The notes under the pieces: model-generated
Told to the model about the DNA's origin: nothing
The model's input: only the letters and a program-made list of their open reading frames with translations
The model's database searches: none
Assembly (NCBI GenBank): GCA_951406725.2
Contig: OX597822.1
Coordinates: 38,626,001-38,690,000 of the forward strand
Reading direction: 5' to 3'
From: Octopus vulgaris
Taxonomy: Eukaryota
DNA: 64,000 bases
In this document: in pieces, positions 53,414 to 64,000 of the stretch
How the letters are laid out: each line of letters opens with the position of its first letter
How positions within the stretch are numbered: the first letter of the stretch is position 1
Position numbers and translations under genes: made by a program

Positions 53414-54206
53414 GTACCTTGAAATCAAGAGGACTGATCCTGATGTCTACAACTCTTTCCTGCAATCAGACCTAGACACAATGCAGCAATGGATCACAGA
53501 CTGGCAACTGAAACTGGCTGTGGACAAGTGTACCACCATGCATTTTGGGAGAAAAAACCCTGCGTCCACATACTCCCTCCACAACACTGATATCAAGAAA
53601 TCCTCTTGCGAGCGTGACCTAGGCATCACTGTCAGCAGTGATTTGCGTTGGACAAAGCATATCTCTAAAATTGTCAAGAAGGCCGAGGGTGTCTTGGCAT
53701 CACTCAGCAAGACTTTTGTTAGCCGCTCTCCAGCCATCTATTTAAAACTGTATACAGCTATGGTACGACCACACTTGGAATTCGCATCATCAGTTTGGAA
53801 TCCCTATCTTGCTCAGAACATTGACCTCCTGGAATCTGTCCAGAGACGTGCAACCAAACGCATACCCTCCATCAGACACCTACCATATTCTGAGCGCCTT
53901 GTTTCCCTGGGCATGGATTCACTGAAGCTCCGGCGCCTGGCGACGGACTTGGTAAACACCCACAAGGTTATCAACCACCTCACCAACAACAACACTGAAC
54001 ACCTTTTTGATCTCCATGTGTCTAACACACGTGGACATGCCTACAAAGTCAGAAAACAGCACAGCTCCCATGACTTTCGGAAACATTTTTTCACGCTCAG
54101 GGTTGCTGAAGCGTGGAATAAACTGCCTGCATCAGTTGTTGACTGCCATGACACTGCATCCTTTAAGGCCCTCATGCTTCCTGAAATCCGTCGAAACTAC
54201 ACCTGA
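53414..54206 (+). CDS. Open C-terminal fragment of CR1 ORF2 (reverse transcriptase thumb/C-terminal region); 5'-truncated, not a host gene
   Basis: LQSDLD..W..W.LKL.VDKC..MHFG, ERDLGI, VRPHLEFASSVWNPY, LESVQRRATK, YSERL..LG..SL..RR, TRGH and FFTLRV..AWNKLP motifs, no internal stop. Confidence 0.85.
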
Positions 54207-54278
54207 TTATATATACACTTTAGATGAGTTGTAGTGCACCTGAGCACTGTACACAATTATTATTATTATTATTATTAT
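53414..54278 (+). mobile_element. 5'-truncated CR1-clade LINE inserted in a family A SINE (53227-54463)
   Basis: RT C-terminal ORF, short 3' UTR and (ATT)n tail. SINE head lies upstream and SINE tail downstream. Confidence 0.9.
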
Positions 54279-54499
54279 ACCATCACTTGACAACCGATGT
54301 TGGAGTGTTTATATCCCTGTAACTTAGCGGTTCGGCAAAAGAGACTGATAGAATAAGTACTAGGCTTACAAAGAATAAGTCCTGGAGTCCATTTGTTTGA
54401 CTAAAGCAAGTGCTCCAGCATGGCTGCAGTCAAATGACTAAAACAAGTAAAAGAATAAAAGAATGTGTGTGTGCATGCACTCAACCCAACACTTCAGAA

Positions 54500-55030
54500 T
54501 ATTTGTGGTCTGCCCTCTTTATCTAAAGCCACCAACATCCTTTTCTGCAGTTTCTGTGATGGAATATATAGCCTTCCTTTTTGCTGTAATTCCAAGCCTA
54601 GTCAGAGCTTTCAAGAATGAATGCACCCACAAAACCTTGACAGTCTACTGCTGTTGTTTAACAACAAAGACTGCCAGCCCTGATTTCTGCACTGCTTTAC
54701 CAGTTCCTGATACGTATTTGGCAAGCATCCTCTCATGATCATCCTCCATGTTTTCCTCTTAGGGCACAGTCAGATTCAACATGATCACCTGTTTGGGGAA
54801 TTTGAGAACCTCATGAGATCCACTCTCAGTTGCCAGTCTGGAGCTATGGAAAGTAGGCATGATGGCTACTGAAGTTTCGATGAACTGAATTTTTCTCCAG
54901 CTCTGAGGAAAGTGACGGCTTCTTGCCTGTCACACTTAACCACCCATGAACGCCTCCCACAAATTGGGAAAAAGTGCAATAAGGAGGTTTGGCTTCGTCA
55001 TGAGTTTTTGTTTGAGATCCAAGTTTAATG
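54500..55030 (-). pseudogene. R2/NeSL-type (RLE) LINE C-terminal relic
   Basis: Minus strand WQLRVDL..VIMLNLTVP*EENMEDDHERMLAKY..ELVKQCRNQGW..ALTRLGI (ELTVPWE..ERKxxKY motif) across frameshifts. Confidence 0.65.
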
Positions 55031-55049
55031 GAGCAGTCTCTTCACTAGG

Positions 55050-56140
55050 AATAGCACAATCTCATTTCTGTACCTCATAACTATACCTGACACAAATATA
55101 TGTACAAGTGTGTCAACAGAAAATGAAAAAGACAGTGAATTAAAAAAAATCAGTAAATGAGAAACTGGTGCCAACACCAAAACCAGGACTTCCTCCACGG
55201 AAATGTTTGCTATGTATCAGGTAAAACATAAACGGTGTTGTCCATTCTGAGATACTGAAACAAGGAAAAACCATTACCAGACAGATTTATTGCCAACAAC
55301 TTAATCATGTAAATGAAACATTATACTGAAAAGTGGCTTGCTTTGGTAAACAAAAGTAGGTATTAATTTAGCGTGTAGTCTACTGCTATATCCGTAATCT
55401 ATACTGTGAAATGACCTGATCTGGGTTAGGATGAGGGTGAGGGGTTAGGCTAGGGTTTAGGGTTACGATTTAGAGTAAGGGTTTGTGTTTAGGATAAGGG
55501 TTAGGGTTACGATTAGACTGTATGCTAAAGTGTAAATGGCCAAATGACCAGGTAGACTATATGCTGTAGTCTACTGCTATATCCGTAATCTATACTGTGA
55601 AATGACTTGATCTGGGTTAGGATGAGGGTGAGGGGTTAGGCTAGGGTTTAGGGTTAGAGGTTAGGGTTTAGGGTTACGATTTAGAGTAAGGGTTTGTGTT
55701 TAGGATAAGGGTTAGGGTTACGATTAGACTGTATGCTAAAGTGTAAATGGCCAAATGACCAGGTAGACTATATGCTGAAGTGTAAATCGCTAGGTAGACT
55801 GCATGCTACTGTGGTATCCAAAAACGAGTATTATTTTCCTGTGGACAAGATGAGCTTGGTCTGCCAAACAAATCCAGAGAAGTTAGAAAATTATTAGGAT
55901 GTGAAACAGTTCCATATCCTTTATACTCACCAAATTTAGCACTTATGGGTTATCACACGTTTTAAATCACTAGATTATTCCACAGGTGACAGAGCACTCA
56001 GAAAAAAGGGAAATATTGAATACGCTGTTTGAAACTCTTTTCAGGAAGATAACGCAGACTTTTTCAAACAAAGAATTGAAAATTTGTTTTCCTATTTGGT
56101 TGCAGTCATTGATATTGGTGATAAGACTATTTTATATATA
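55050..56140 (+). pseudogene. Third mariner transposase relic, interrupted by a telomere-like element
   Basis: INGVVHSEILKQGK..IYCQQLN before the insert; LGCETVPYPLYSPNLALMGYH (LGWEVLPHPPYSPDLAPSDYH-like) after it. Confidence 0.7.
55365..55827. mobile_element. Non-autonomous element with degenerate (TTAGGG)n core, internal ~190-200 bp tandem duplication and subterminal inverted repeats
   Basis: TAGCGTGTAGTCTAC (55369-55383) / GTAGACTGCATGCTA (55794-55808). Units start at ~55374 and ~55565. Flanking GTATT direct repeats. Confidence 0.65.
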
Positions 56141-57408
56141 ATGTTTAATTAAACTTAAATGACATTTGCTATTCTCTTCCTTTTGAAAATATGTATTTAC
56201 TTTCCAAATACCACAGTATATATGTGTGTGTGTGTGTGTGTGTGTGAATTTGTGTGAGTGTGTGGGGAGAGGGGTGTACCCACTCACAAACAGACGCACT
56301 GGAACAAAAAAAAAAAAAAAATCAAAACAACTGAAGCCTATGAGAATTCCCAGCAGAAATATTTTTTTAAATAATAGGGGGGAAATATATATATATATGA
56401 AAAAACTGTGAAATCGTGTTTTACTGGGAACTGATTGTCGGGAAAGATAATATAGAGTGAATAGTAGTAGCAGTAGTACTGGTGGTGGTGGTGATGGTGG
56501 CAGTGATATCAATTCTGGAGCTTATATAGATATCTGTGTGTATGTATCTGTTTTGCACACACACACACACTACAAGACATATATATATTCTGTATCTTAT
56601 GTATATGCCTATATATATATATATATATATATGCACATGTGTCTATATATATATATACACACACACACACACATACACACTATAAGGTACATTATCTATC
56701 TATCATACATACACACATGCTATAAGATACATTATATTTATCTATACATATATATATATATATATATACATAATACACACACACACACTATATGACATGT
56801 TACATACATACAAACATGCACACACACACACAGATACATACATACATACATACATACATACATACATTCTTTATCTTATATATCTCTATATACAAACATG
56901 CTATTAAGACACAGTCTAGTGAGCTGAGGTGATACAGGAAAGAAGGCAGGGTCAGCTAAACATCTGAACCAAACCCTGACTGCTTTATCACTGAATTAAC
57001 TTCTCACAGACAAACAACAAACATGAAAGAAACTTCCTTATGAATCTTCCAGTGACCCCAACCCCAGCCCCAACTCTGTCGTCCCCCCCCCCCGTACAAC
57101 CCCCCACCCTCCACCTCACGACACGTCCCCTATCACTCCAGTCTGCCCCTCTGGCTCATCAGCTATGTCTACAGCTCTGGCTGTGCAGAGCGGATCTGAA
57201 GTAGTGTGTTGAAATAGATAGTGTTGTATTTTGATATACAGTCATATTTATTTTATGCATGCATATATACATATACTCTTATATACATAAGCATACACAT
57301 ACCCTCATATGCATATATATCTGCATGTACTCTAATACAGATATACACCCATATACCCTTATGTACATATAAACATACATATATTGTTATATACATGTAT
57401 ATAGATAC

Positions 57409-57472
<64 letters not shown>

Positions 57473-58072
57473 TCTTACATATATGTATTTATATATTCTT
57501 TTATTTGTTTTAGTTATTTGACTGCGGCCATGCTGGAGCACAGCCTTTAGTTGAAAAAAAAAAACGACCCCAGGACTTAGTAGTACTTATTCTACCAGTC
57601 TCTTTGGCCAAAGCACTAAGTTACAGGGACATAAACACCAAGCGATGGTGGGGTATCACTCACAGATACACAAACATATATATATCTGTGTGTGTGTGTG
57701 TCAAAATATTTTTGTTGCTTAGTGAAAGGGTTGCAGTTTTAAAGCGACGAAAATATTTTTCCACAAATGAAAATTAAATGTTGAAGTGAAACTTATGATT
57801 TTTTGTGTGTTCTTGAATGGCTTACAAGTATCTTCCACTCTGCAATTGTTTTTGATCTCCGATCAAATCATTTACTATGCAAATACATCTTCGTAATATA
57901 TATACAACTCCTCTTTCTAGCTGGTAGGTGCCTTTGTATGCCTTTATAATTGATATAAATTTTAATTCTATGGCTAACACTTGCTATTTATGGCCTGCCC
58001 ACTTATATTATTGTTGTTGTTATTATCAAATATTTATATTACTGTGGATAATAATAACATTAATAATATCTA

Positions 58073-58155
<83 letters not shown>

Positions 58156-58159
<4 letters not shown>

Positions 58160-58506
58160 AAATACAAAAAATAGGACAAGAACGCAAAACATCCAGACAG
58201 TTAGATGATACAAAAAAGGGGCAAGAAAAAACAGGGCCGGGTCATTCGGAGTTTTCTTTCCTCAGTTGAGTTCCAGATTATCTTTGCAATTTTGGCTGGT
58301 AATACTTAAGGTTGCTCCAATCTGGCCAGCCCCAAGGAAAATCTAAGCTAAGAGCATTAGATTCCTTGGAAGAAAGCAGCGAATGTATACGAAAACAAGG
58401 GCGGAAAAAAAAAATTGAGAAATGGTACACAAATACAAATGCAATTAACAGGACATTAACAACAGGTGTCTTTCGACTAAGGATGAATTAAATTAAGCTA
58501 CAAGTC
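58156..58506 (-). mobile_element. Probable Penelope-like non-coding fragment next to (TA)n
   Basis: Minus strand CTGAGGA..CCGAATGAC and GTCGAAAGACACC half-motifs; hairpin CCAAGGAAAATCTAA..TTAGATTCCTTGG. Confidence 0.35.
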
Positions 58507-59889
58507 CCTCTATGTCTCTCTTTCAGCTGAGAAGTTCTTCGCTTGAGGGTTTGTGGTTGCTAGTGCTATGTAAAAGCACTTGTGTTGGTGCCGCATAAGA
58601 GCACCCACGCCTGTGTACCTGTACAAGTGTCATGTAAAAAGCACCCAGTACACTCTGTAAAGTGGTTGGTGTTAGGAAGTGCATCCAGCTATAGAAACCA
58701 TGCCAGAATGGACAACTGGAAACTAGGCAATTTCCAAATGACCACTTCCTGTCAAACCACTCAACCTATGACAGCATTGAAAGCAGACATTAGATGATGA
58801 TGATGATGATGATCACTCTTTTATAAGAAGAGAACCTTGAACTTTAGGCCTGCTAACCACCGTTGAACTGTCCAACAGCTAGCAGGTTGCAACTTTCAAG
58901 TCATGGTCACCCCTCTCCCGTGATTTACAGGAGATTTGGTTGCTATTACTAGCAGATTAAGTCACTAAATAAATGATGTTCTTGGTTGGCCACCACTAGC
59001 TTCCTTCAAGCCTGTTTTTTATTATTATTATTATTTTAAAATTAAATATAGGTATTTCTTGCCCAGTATTGGAATTTCCTTGTGAAGAGATCAGGGCATA
59101 CTGAGAAAGTGGACTGTTAGTCTTTTGTAGTCAGCCTCCAGCATTCTAGTGACCCTTGAATACCTTAAACTATTTCTTAGAAAATCCCAGCCATTAACAG
59201 CTGTTTAGAAATGTTATAAAGTGGCCTGATGAAAACTGAAGACAAGGCATCTTGGTCCTTTTTATCATTGTTCTTCTCTTTTATAATCCTTTCCACTATA
59301 GGCACAAGGCCTGAAATTTGAGGAGAGGGGGGTTAGTCAATTACATCAACCCAGCATGTAACTGGTACTTATTTCATCGACTTCGAAAGGATGAAAGGTA
59401 AAGTTGACCTGGGTGGAATTTGAACTCAGAACGTAGCAACAGATGAAATACTGTTAAGCATTTCACCCGGCGCTAACGATTCTGCCATCTCACTGCCTTG
59501 TTTGTCTCCTTTATAATGGCAACCACAACTAACTTGCTATTCCATTAATCAATGAAGCTGAACAAATAATCCTTGACATATTGCTCTCTGACCCCTACAC
59601 TTGGTGAGGGACCATATATATATATATATATATATATATCTATCAATATTGATACATTCCTAAATGTTTGGCGGTCCTGAAGAGATGTTCTTTTTTTGCA
59701 CATGGAGATAATAGAAGACAAGCACCAATTGTTTGGTTTTTCCAATTCAGGGTTGCCATTTCCAAACAGCTTACACAAGCCATAGATGTGTAGCCTGGAG
59801 TTACAGTAAAAAAATCATACACACAATGCTTTTGTTTTCACAAGTATATTTAAAAGCATTATATCATCCCTGTAGCAAATAATGCTATC

Positions 59890-59933
<44 letters not shown>

Positions 59934-59938
59934 CATTA

Positions 59939-60375
59939 AAGGCGACGAGCTGGCAAAATCGTTAGCATGTTGAGCAAAATGCATAGCGGTATTTTGCCCG
60001 TTGCTACATTCTAAGTCCAAATTCTGCCGAGGTTGACTTTGCCTTTCATCCTTTGGGGGTCAATAAATTAAGTACCAGTTGAGTACTGGGGTTGATGTAA
60101 TCGACTATTCTCCTCCCCCAAAATTTCAGGCCTTGTGCCTAGAGTAGAAAGGATTATTATTATTGAAGGCGGTGAGCTGGCAGAATCATTAGCACACTGG
60201 ACAAAATGCTTAGCAGGATTTCAACTGCTGTTAAGTTCAAATTCCATAGAGGTCATCTTTGCTTTCCATCCTTTCAGGGTCGATAAATTAAGTACCTGTT
60301 GTATACTGGGGTTGATATGATCGACTAGAGCCCTCCCCACAAATTTCAAACCTTGTGTTTATTGTAGAAAGGATT
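59939..60375 (+). mobile_element. Two tandem SINE family B copies
   Basis: AAGGCG(A/G)(C/T)GAGCTGGCA heads at ~59939 and ~60166. Confidence 0.85.
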
Positions 60376-60399
60376 ATTATTATCATCATCATACTCGAC

Positions 60400-61232
60400 A
60401 AAGTGTAAGTACCTTGAGAGAAAAGTTGGACCTAAGAAGATTCAGATGTGGTGTGCAAGAGAGATGAATGCACTGGTATGGTCATGTGGTGAGAATGGAT
60501 GAAGATAGCTGTGTGAAAAAGTGCCTCATCCTAGCGGTTGAGGGAACCTGTGGAAGAGGTAGACCTGGGACGAGGTGGTGAAGCAAGACCTTCAAACATT
60601 AGGCCTCGCCAAGGCAATGACTAGTGACTGAGACCTTTGGAAATATGCTGTGCTTGAGAAACCCGGCAAGCCCAAGTGAGGCTATAACCCATGGCCTATG
60701 CCAGGGGTGTAACCAGCCCACTTATGTGTACCTTTCCTTCATCGGACGCTAAACTCTGCTTGCGAAGACCTGTTGAGGCAAGTGAAATCGAAATCAAATT
60801 TGATGACTATCATCCGTGCTAGTGGAGCGCTATGATCATTGCCAGAGCAGCTGACTGGCTTCCATGCCGGTGGCACGTAAAAGCACCATTTGAGCGTGAT
60901 CATTACCAGCGTCGCCTTACTGGCACGTGAAAAAATATTCGAGCGAGGTCGTTGTCAGTGCCACTGGACTGGGTCCTGTGCAGGTGACATGTAAAAGACA
61001 TCATTTGAGCATGGCTGTTGCCAGTACTGCCAGACTGGCCCTTGTGCCGGTGGCATGTAAAAGCACCCATTGCACTCTTGGAGTGGTTGGCGTTAAGAAG
61101 GGTATCCAGCTGTAGAAACTGCCAGATCAGATTGGAGCCTGGTGCAGCCTTCTGGTTCGCCAGTCCTCAGTCAAATCGTCCAACCCATGCCAGCATGGAA
61201 AGTGGACGTTAAACGATGAAGATGATGATGAT
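60400..61232 (+). mobile_element. RTE LINE 3' fragment with full 3' UTR
   Basis: SVSTLREKLDLRRFRCGVQER*MHWYGHVVRMDEDSCVKKCLILAVEGTCGRGRP, then UTR and (GAT)n. Confidence 0.85.
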
Positions 61233-61388
61233 CATCATCATCGTTATCATTATTATTATTACTATTATCATTAAGGTGGTGAGTGGATAGACTCATTAGC
61301 ACTCCAGGCAAAATAGTTAATGGCACAGAGTCCTCTTTATTTTTCAATGTTGTTGTTGTTGTTGCTGCTGCTGTACTTCTTCTTCTTC

Positions 61389-61480
61389 TTATTATTATTA
61401 TTCAGGTCACTGCTTGGAATCGAACTCGGAACCTTGGAGTTAGTAGCCCATGCTCTTAACCACTACACCATGTGTTCATG
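61389..61480 (-). mobile_element. tRNA-like SINE head of the same family as 1675-1765
   Basis: Minus strand TGGTGTAGTGGTTAAGAGCATGGGCTACTAACTCCAAGGTTCCGAGTTCGATTCCAAGCAGTGACCTGAATAATAAT aligns with 1683-1762. Confidence 0.75.
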
Positions 61481-61991
61481 TCCATTATACATTTCATCCT
61501 TGTGAAATTCATAAGTTAAAGTCCCAGTTATCTATTGGGCTCGATATAACCCCCTTTATGTTGTTACTTTGCCCTGGCTCAAGTTTGATCAAGCAGACCT
61601 GTAAACAGAGACATTCCATCCATGACCTACACACCTTTTCAATGAGTATACAAAACTACATTACGTAATGTGTCGTCCTTCATCTCTTTTAAGATGGCAA
61701 GACTCAAATGAGATTTTGTTGCTATTTCTACCAAGAAGAGTGACCAACCAGTGGCTCCCTCATTGGTTCATGATCAACAACATCCAGTACGGCCACAGTT
61801 CGATTTCTTTTATTTAGGCACATGGCCTTTCGGTTGAAATCAGCAAAAGAAAATATGAAAGGAAGAGTCCATTTTAGTTAGAAAAACTGGTTAATAGTAC
61901 ATGAGGGACAACAGAATGACGACTATTAAATGGTGAACTTTTTATACATTCAATAACAGGGAAGTTGCATATACACACAGATGGATGGACT

Positions 61992-62022
<31 letters not shown>

Positions 62023-62795
62023 ACACACACACTTCAGTGCTGCTAGGAACAGTGATAACTGAAGGTGGGGTGTCTTTCCTGTAGCTGACATTTTACATCA
62101 AAGCCACTAAACTCATCAACGTGCTGCTGATGCTGATGAAGTACACATTGCCGATAGTGGTGGTGGTGATGATGCTGATGTTGTTAATGATGATGATGGT
62201 AGCGATGTTGATGATGGTGGTTGTGGTTGCAGTGTTGTCAATGATGGGGGTAATGAGAAACAGAAATGCATGATGTGATGGTTCTGTGTGTACGTATGGC
62301 GGCAGCAGCAGGTGTGGTTTTGTGTCCAAAGTACATCTGTTCCAGATGAAGAATTCTACATCAATTATCAAGCCATTATGAATTGTATCCGTATTGGTTT
62401 ATCCATCAATTTACCCCCCCTCTCTCTCTTCACCTCCTCCTCTTCCTCATTCTCAATCTATTTGTGTGTGTGTGTGTGTGTGTGAATGTTGCCTGAAAGA
62501 TCAAGTTAGACATTCAACTACACAAATCAGACCAGATACCATTATTATGAACATACACTACCTACACGGTTAAGTGGCCATTGCTCATAACAACATCTAC
62601 ATGGCTAAAAGATGTGGGCATTTTGGTGACATAACAACCACCACAATGATGTAACAGCTCCATCTTGGATAATAATAATCTCCAAAATTAAACACCTGAC
62701 CCCTCAAAATAAGATATATATATATACATATAAAATGTAGCCCAGAATGAACTCCAGAAATTTCAAAACATACAGCAGCCATACATAAACTTTAA

Positions 62796-63190
62796 CTTTT
62801 ACTCTTTCACTTGTTTCAGTCATTTGACTGCGACCATGCTGGAGCACCGCCTTTAGTCGAGCAAATCGCTCCCAGGACTTATTCTTTGTAAGCCTGGTAC
62901 TTATTCTATCGATCTCTTTTGCCGAGCTGCTAAGTTACGGGGTCATAAACACACCAGCATCAGTTGTCAAGCAATGTTGGGGGTACAGACACACACACAC
63001 ACACATATATATATATACATATATATATGACGGGCTTCTTTCAGTTTCTGCCTACCAAATCCACTCATAAAGCTTTGGTCGGCCCGAGGCTATAGTAGAA
63101 AACACTTGCCCAAGGTGCCACGCAGTGGGACTGAACCCGGAACCATGTGTTTGGTAGGCAAGCTACTTACCACACAGCCACTCCTACGCC
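62796..63190 (-). mobile_element. SINE family A, full length
   Basis: Reverse complement of the family A consensus. Confidence 0.9.
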
Positions 63191-64000
63191 TATAACTATG
63201 CAACATCTTAACACTGTCATGCAGAAATGTAACTTGAATCTGAAACGATTAACTCCACTTTACCAAGATGAGCTTAACCTGACACTAAACCCTTATTCCA
63301 ACCACAAACTCTGAACCAAGACTCTAAATGTGAAAACCACATCTCAAAGATAGATTTTTCTCTTTAGTGAAAGAATGTACTTCAACTTTTCCCTTGAAAC
63401 ATCAAAATGGAATACTGGTTTATCCTACACACAGAAACATTCTAATCCACATCCAAAGGGCATGAAGTCACTTACAAACACCACTCCAGCTTCTGGCCTA
63501 ACAGTAGAAAAACTTAAGAGGGGAGTTTTTGTCTTCTCTCTTTAGCTTTTCTACTGCTACTACAATGGCCTTTGTTCCACAAAACTACCTGAGGCACTCG
63601 CGACTCACTCAACTCTCTCTTCTTCTCAGCACACGTACTGCAAGACAAAGTAAATGGAAACTTAACACTAATTCTTTTTACTAAAGCTAAGTTCATTAAA
63701 AAAAAGGTGTCGAGACAATCAGGTCCACTAGACCAGTGTTAATTCCGATTTCCATGGCGTTTCAACAACTGAAAGTAGAAGACTTCTTTCTGAACGGGAC
63801 GCCTGTGCGGTACAAGAATAACTCCTAACAGCCGCTGGTATTCGTTTACAAGCTGAACAGACTGGAGCAAAATGAAATGAAATGCCTTACTCAAAACCAC
63901 AACTCGTCGTCCATCTGGGAATCGAACCCATGATGCCAATATTCAGATCTCTAGGTCACTCGCCTTCACAGGTCTATCAATACCCTAAACACTAACTGAA

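Noticed and set aside
55365-55827. True telomere or chromosome fusion site
   Set aside because: The repeats are degenerate, single-orientation, short and bounded by inverted repeats inside a transposon relic.
59225-59250. CTGATGA hammerhead core
   Set aside because: No stem II/GAAA/stem III arrangement follows.

Overview
Eukaryotic, AT-rich, extremely repeat-dense non-coding DNA. The SINE families and the abundance of (TA)n/(CA)n/(TACA)n/(GATA)n/(GGT)n microsatellites suggest an octopod cephalopod genome (inference from recalled repeat content, not from a search). Almost every ORF in the supplied track is a translation of microsatellites or SINEs, and no host gene can be called with confidence. 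Recognisable content: three tRNA-derived SINE families; RTE, CR1, R4/Dong-like and R2/NeSL-like LINE fragments; three mariner relics; a hAT (Buster/Charlie-like) relic and hAT MITEs; several minisatellites. The most notable signal is a set of non-coding elements next to (TA)n tracts that carry minimal type I hammerhead ribozyme (HHR) motifs in inverted arrangements. They include a ~3.9 kb palindrome (13038-16924) with an HHR at each outer end, several 200-300 bp fold-back elements, and one tRNA-head/HHR chimera. Otherwise unrelated families share an AATAAA-TACTC...GAGTA 3' module. They look like non-autonomous Penelope-like/retrozyme-type elements.
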